Origin: Haliotis rufescens
Lineage: Eukaryota
Length of the DNA stretch: 64,000 nt
Assembly: GCF_023055435.1 (NCBI RefSeq)
Contig: NW_025964223.1
Location: forward strand, 55,614,001-55,678,000
Direction: 5' to 3'
A model generated the notes under the pieces. It was not told the DNA's origin and searched no databases. It saw only the letters and a list, made by a program, of their open reading frames with translations. The first letter of the stretch is position 1. The number at the start of each line of letters is the position of its first letter. The position numbers were made by a program, and so were the translations under genes. Of this stretch, positions 63,577 to 64,000 are shown piece after piece.

Positions 63577-64000
63577 AATGGATTACAAATACCGTATCCG
63601 ACGTAATAAGCGCCCACGGCGATATTTGCTAATATATTGGCTAGTGAACAATCCCAATTAGCACCCCTTCCGATTGATTAATGTACACAACACTTATTTA
63701 TTCGCGTATAATATGCACTCGCGCATTAAATTCTGGAAAAATATATCTGTCGTACATAAACATTTCAGGCTGTCAGCATAAACCACGAAATTTATCTTTC
63801 AACTCAACTTTTTTATCACCAAAATAATATTCTAATTTTGAGAGCGTATTGGGCGCTTATTACGTCGAATACGGTATGCTTTTGGATCCCTGTACTTTTG
63901 TGTATATATGTCTTTGCGGCGTCAGCGCGAGTGCTGGAATTGTAAGATCCTAGTTGTTACGGCGACTGTTTCGGCCTACTAATGTTTTGATAACGTTTGT

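Overview
Eukaryotic, repeat-rich invertebrate DNA with GT-AG introns and four N gaps. The SINE and transposon repertoire suggests a mollusc, plausibly a gastropod such as abalone (inference). The window holds a tandem cluster of seven genes, labelled A-G, which I do not recognise. They share one precursor design: putative non-coding first exon behind a TATA box, signal peptide, short polar/acidic pro-piece, proprotein-convertase (furin-type) site, amphipathic or cationic helical mature region, and a C-terminal GPI-anchor-like signal. In A-F that signal sits on its own small phase-1 exon, which the ORF track does not show. Genes A-E share a ~90-aa all-alpha, essentially cysteine-free domain in 2/1/3/2/1 copies; B carries a frameshift in its signal peptide. 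F (-) and G (+) are divergently transcribed and carry different mature regions in the same scaffold. The rest is a CR1/L2-type LINE with a nested MULE, a second LINE, a Tc1/mariner relic, a CACT-ended element with exon-like relics, a Helentron-like element, several MITEs, four SINE families and minisatellites.
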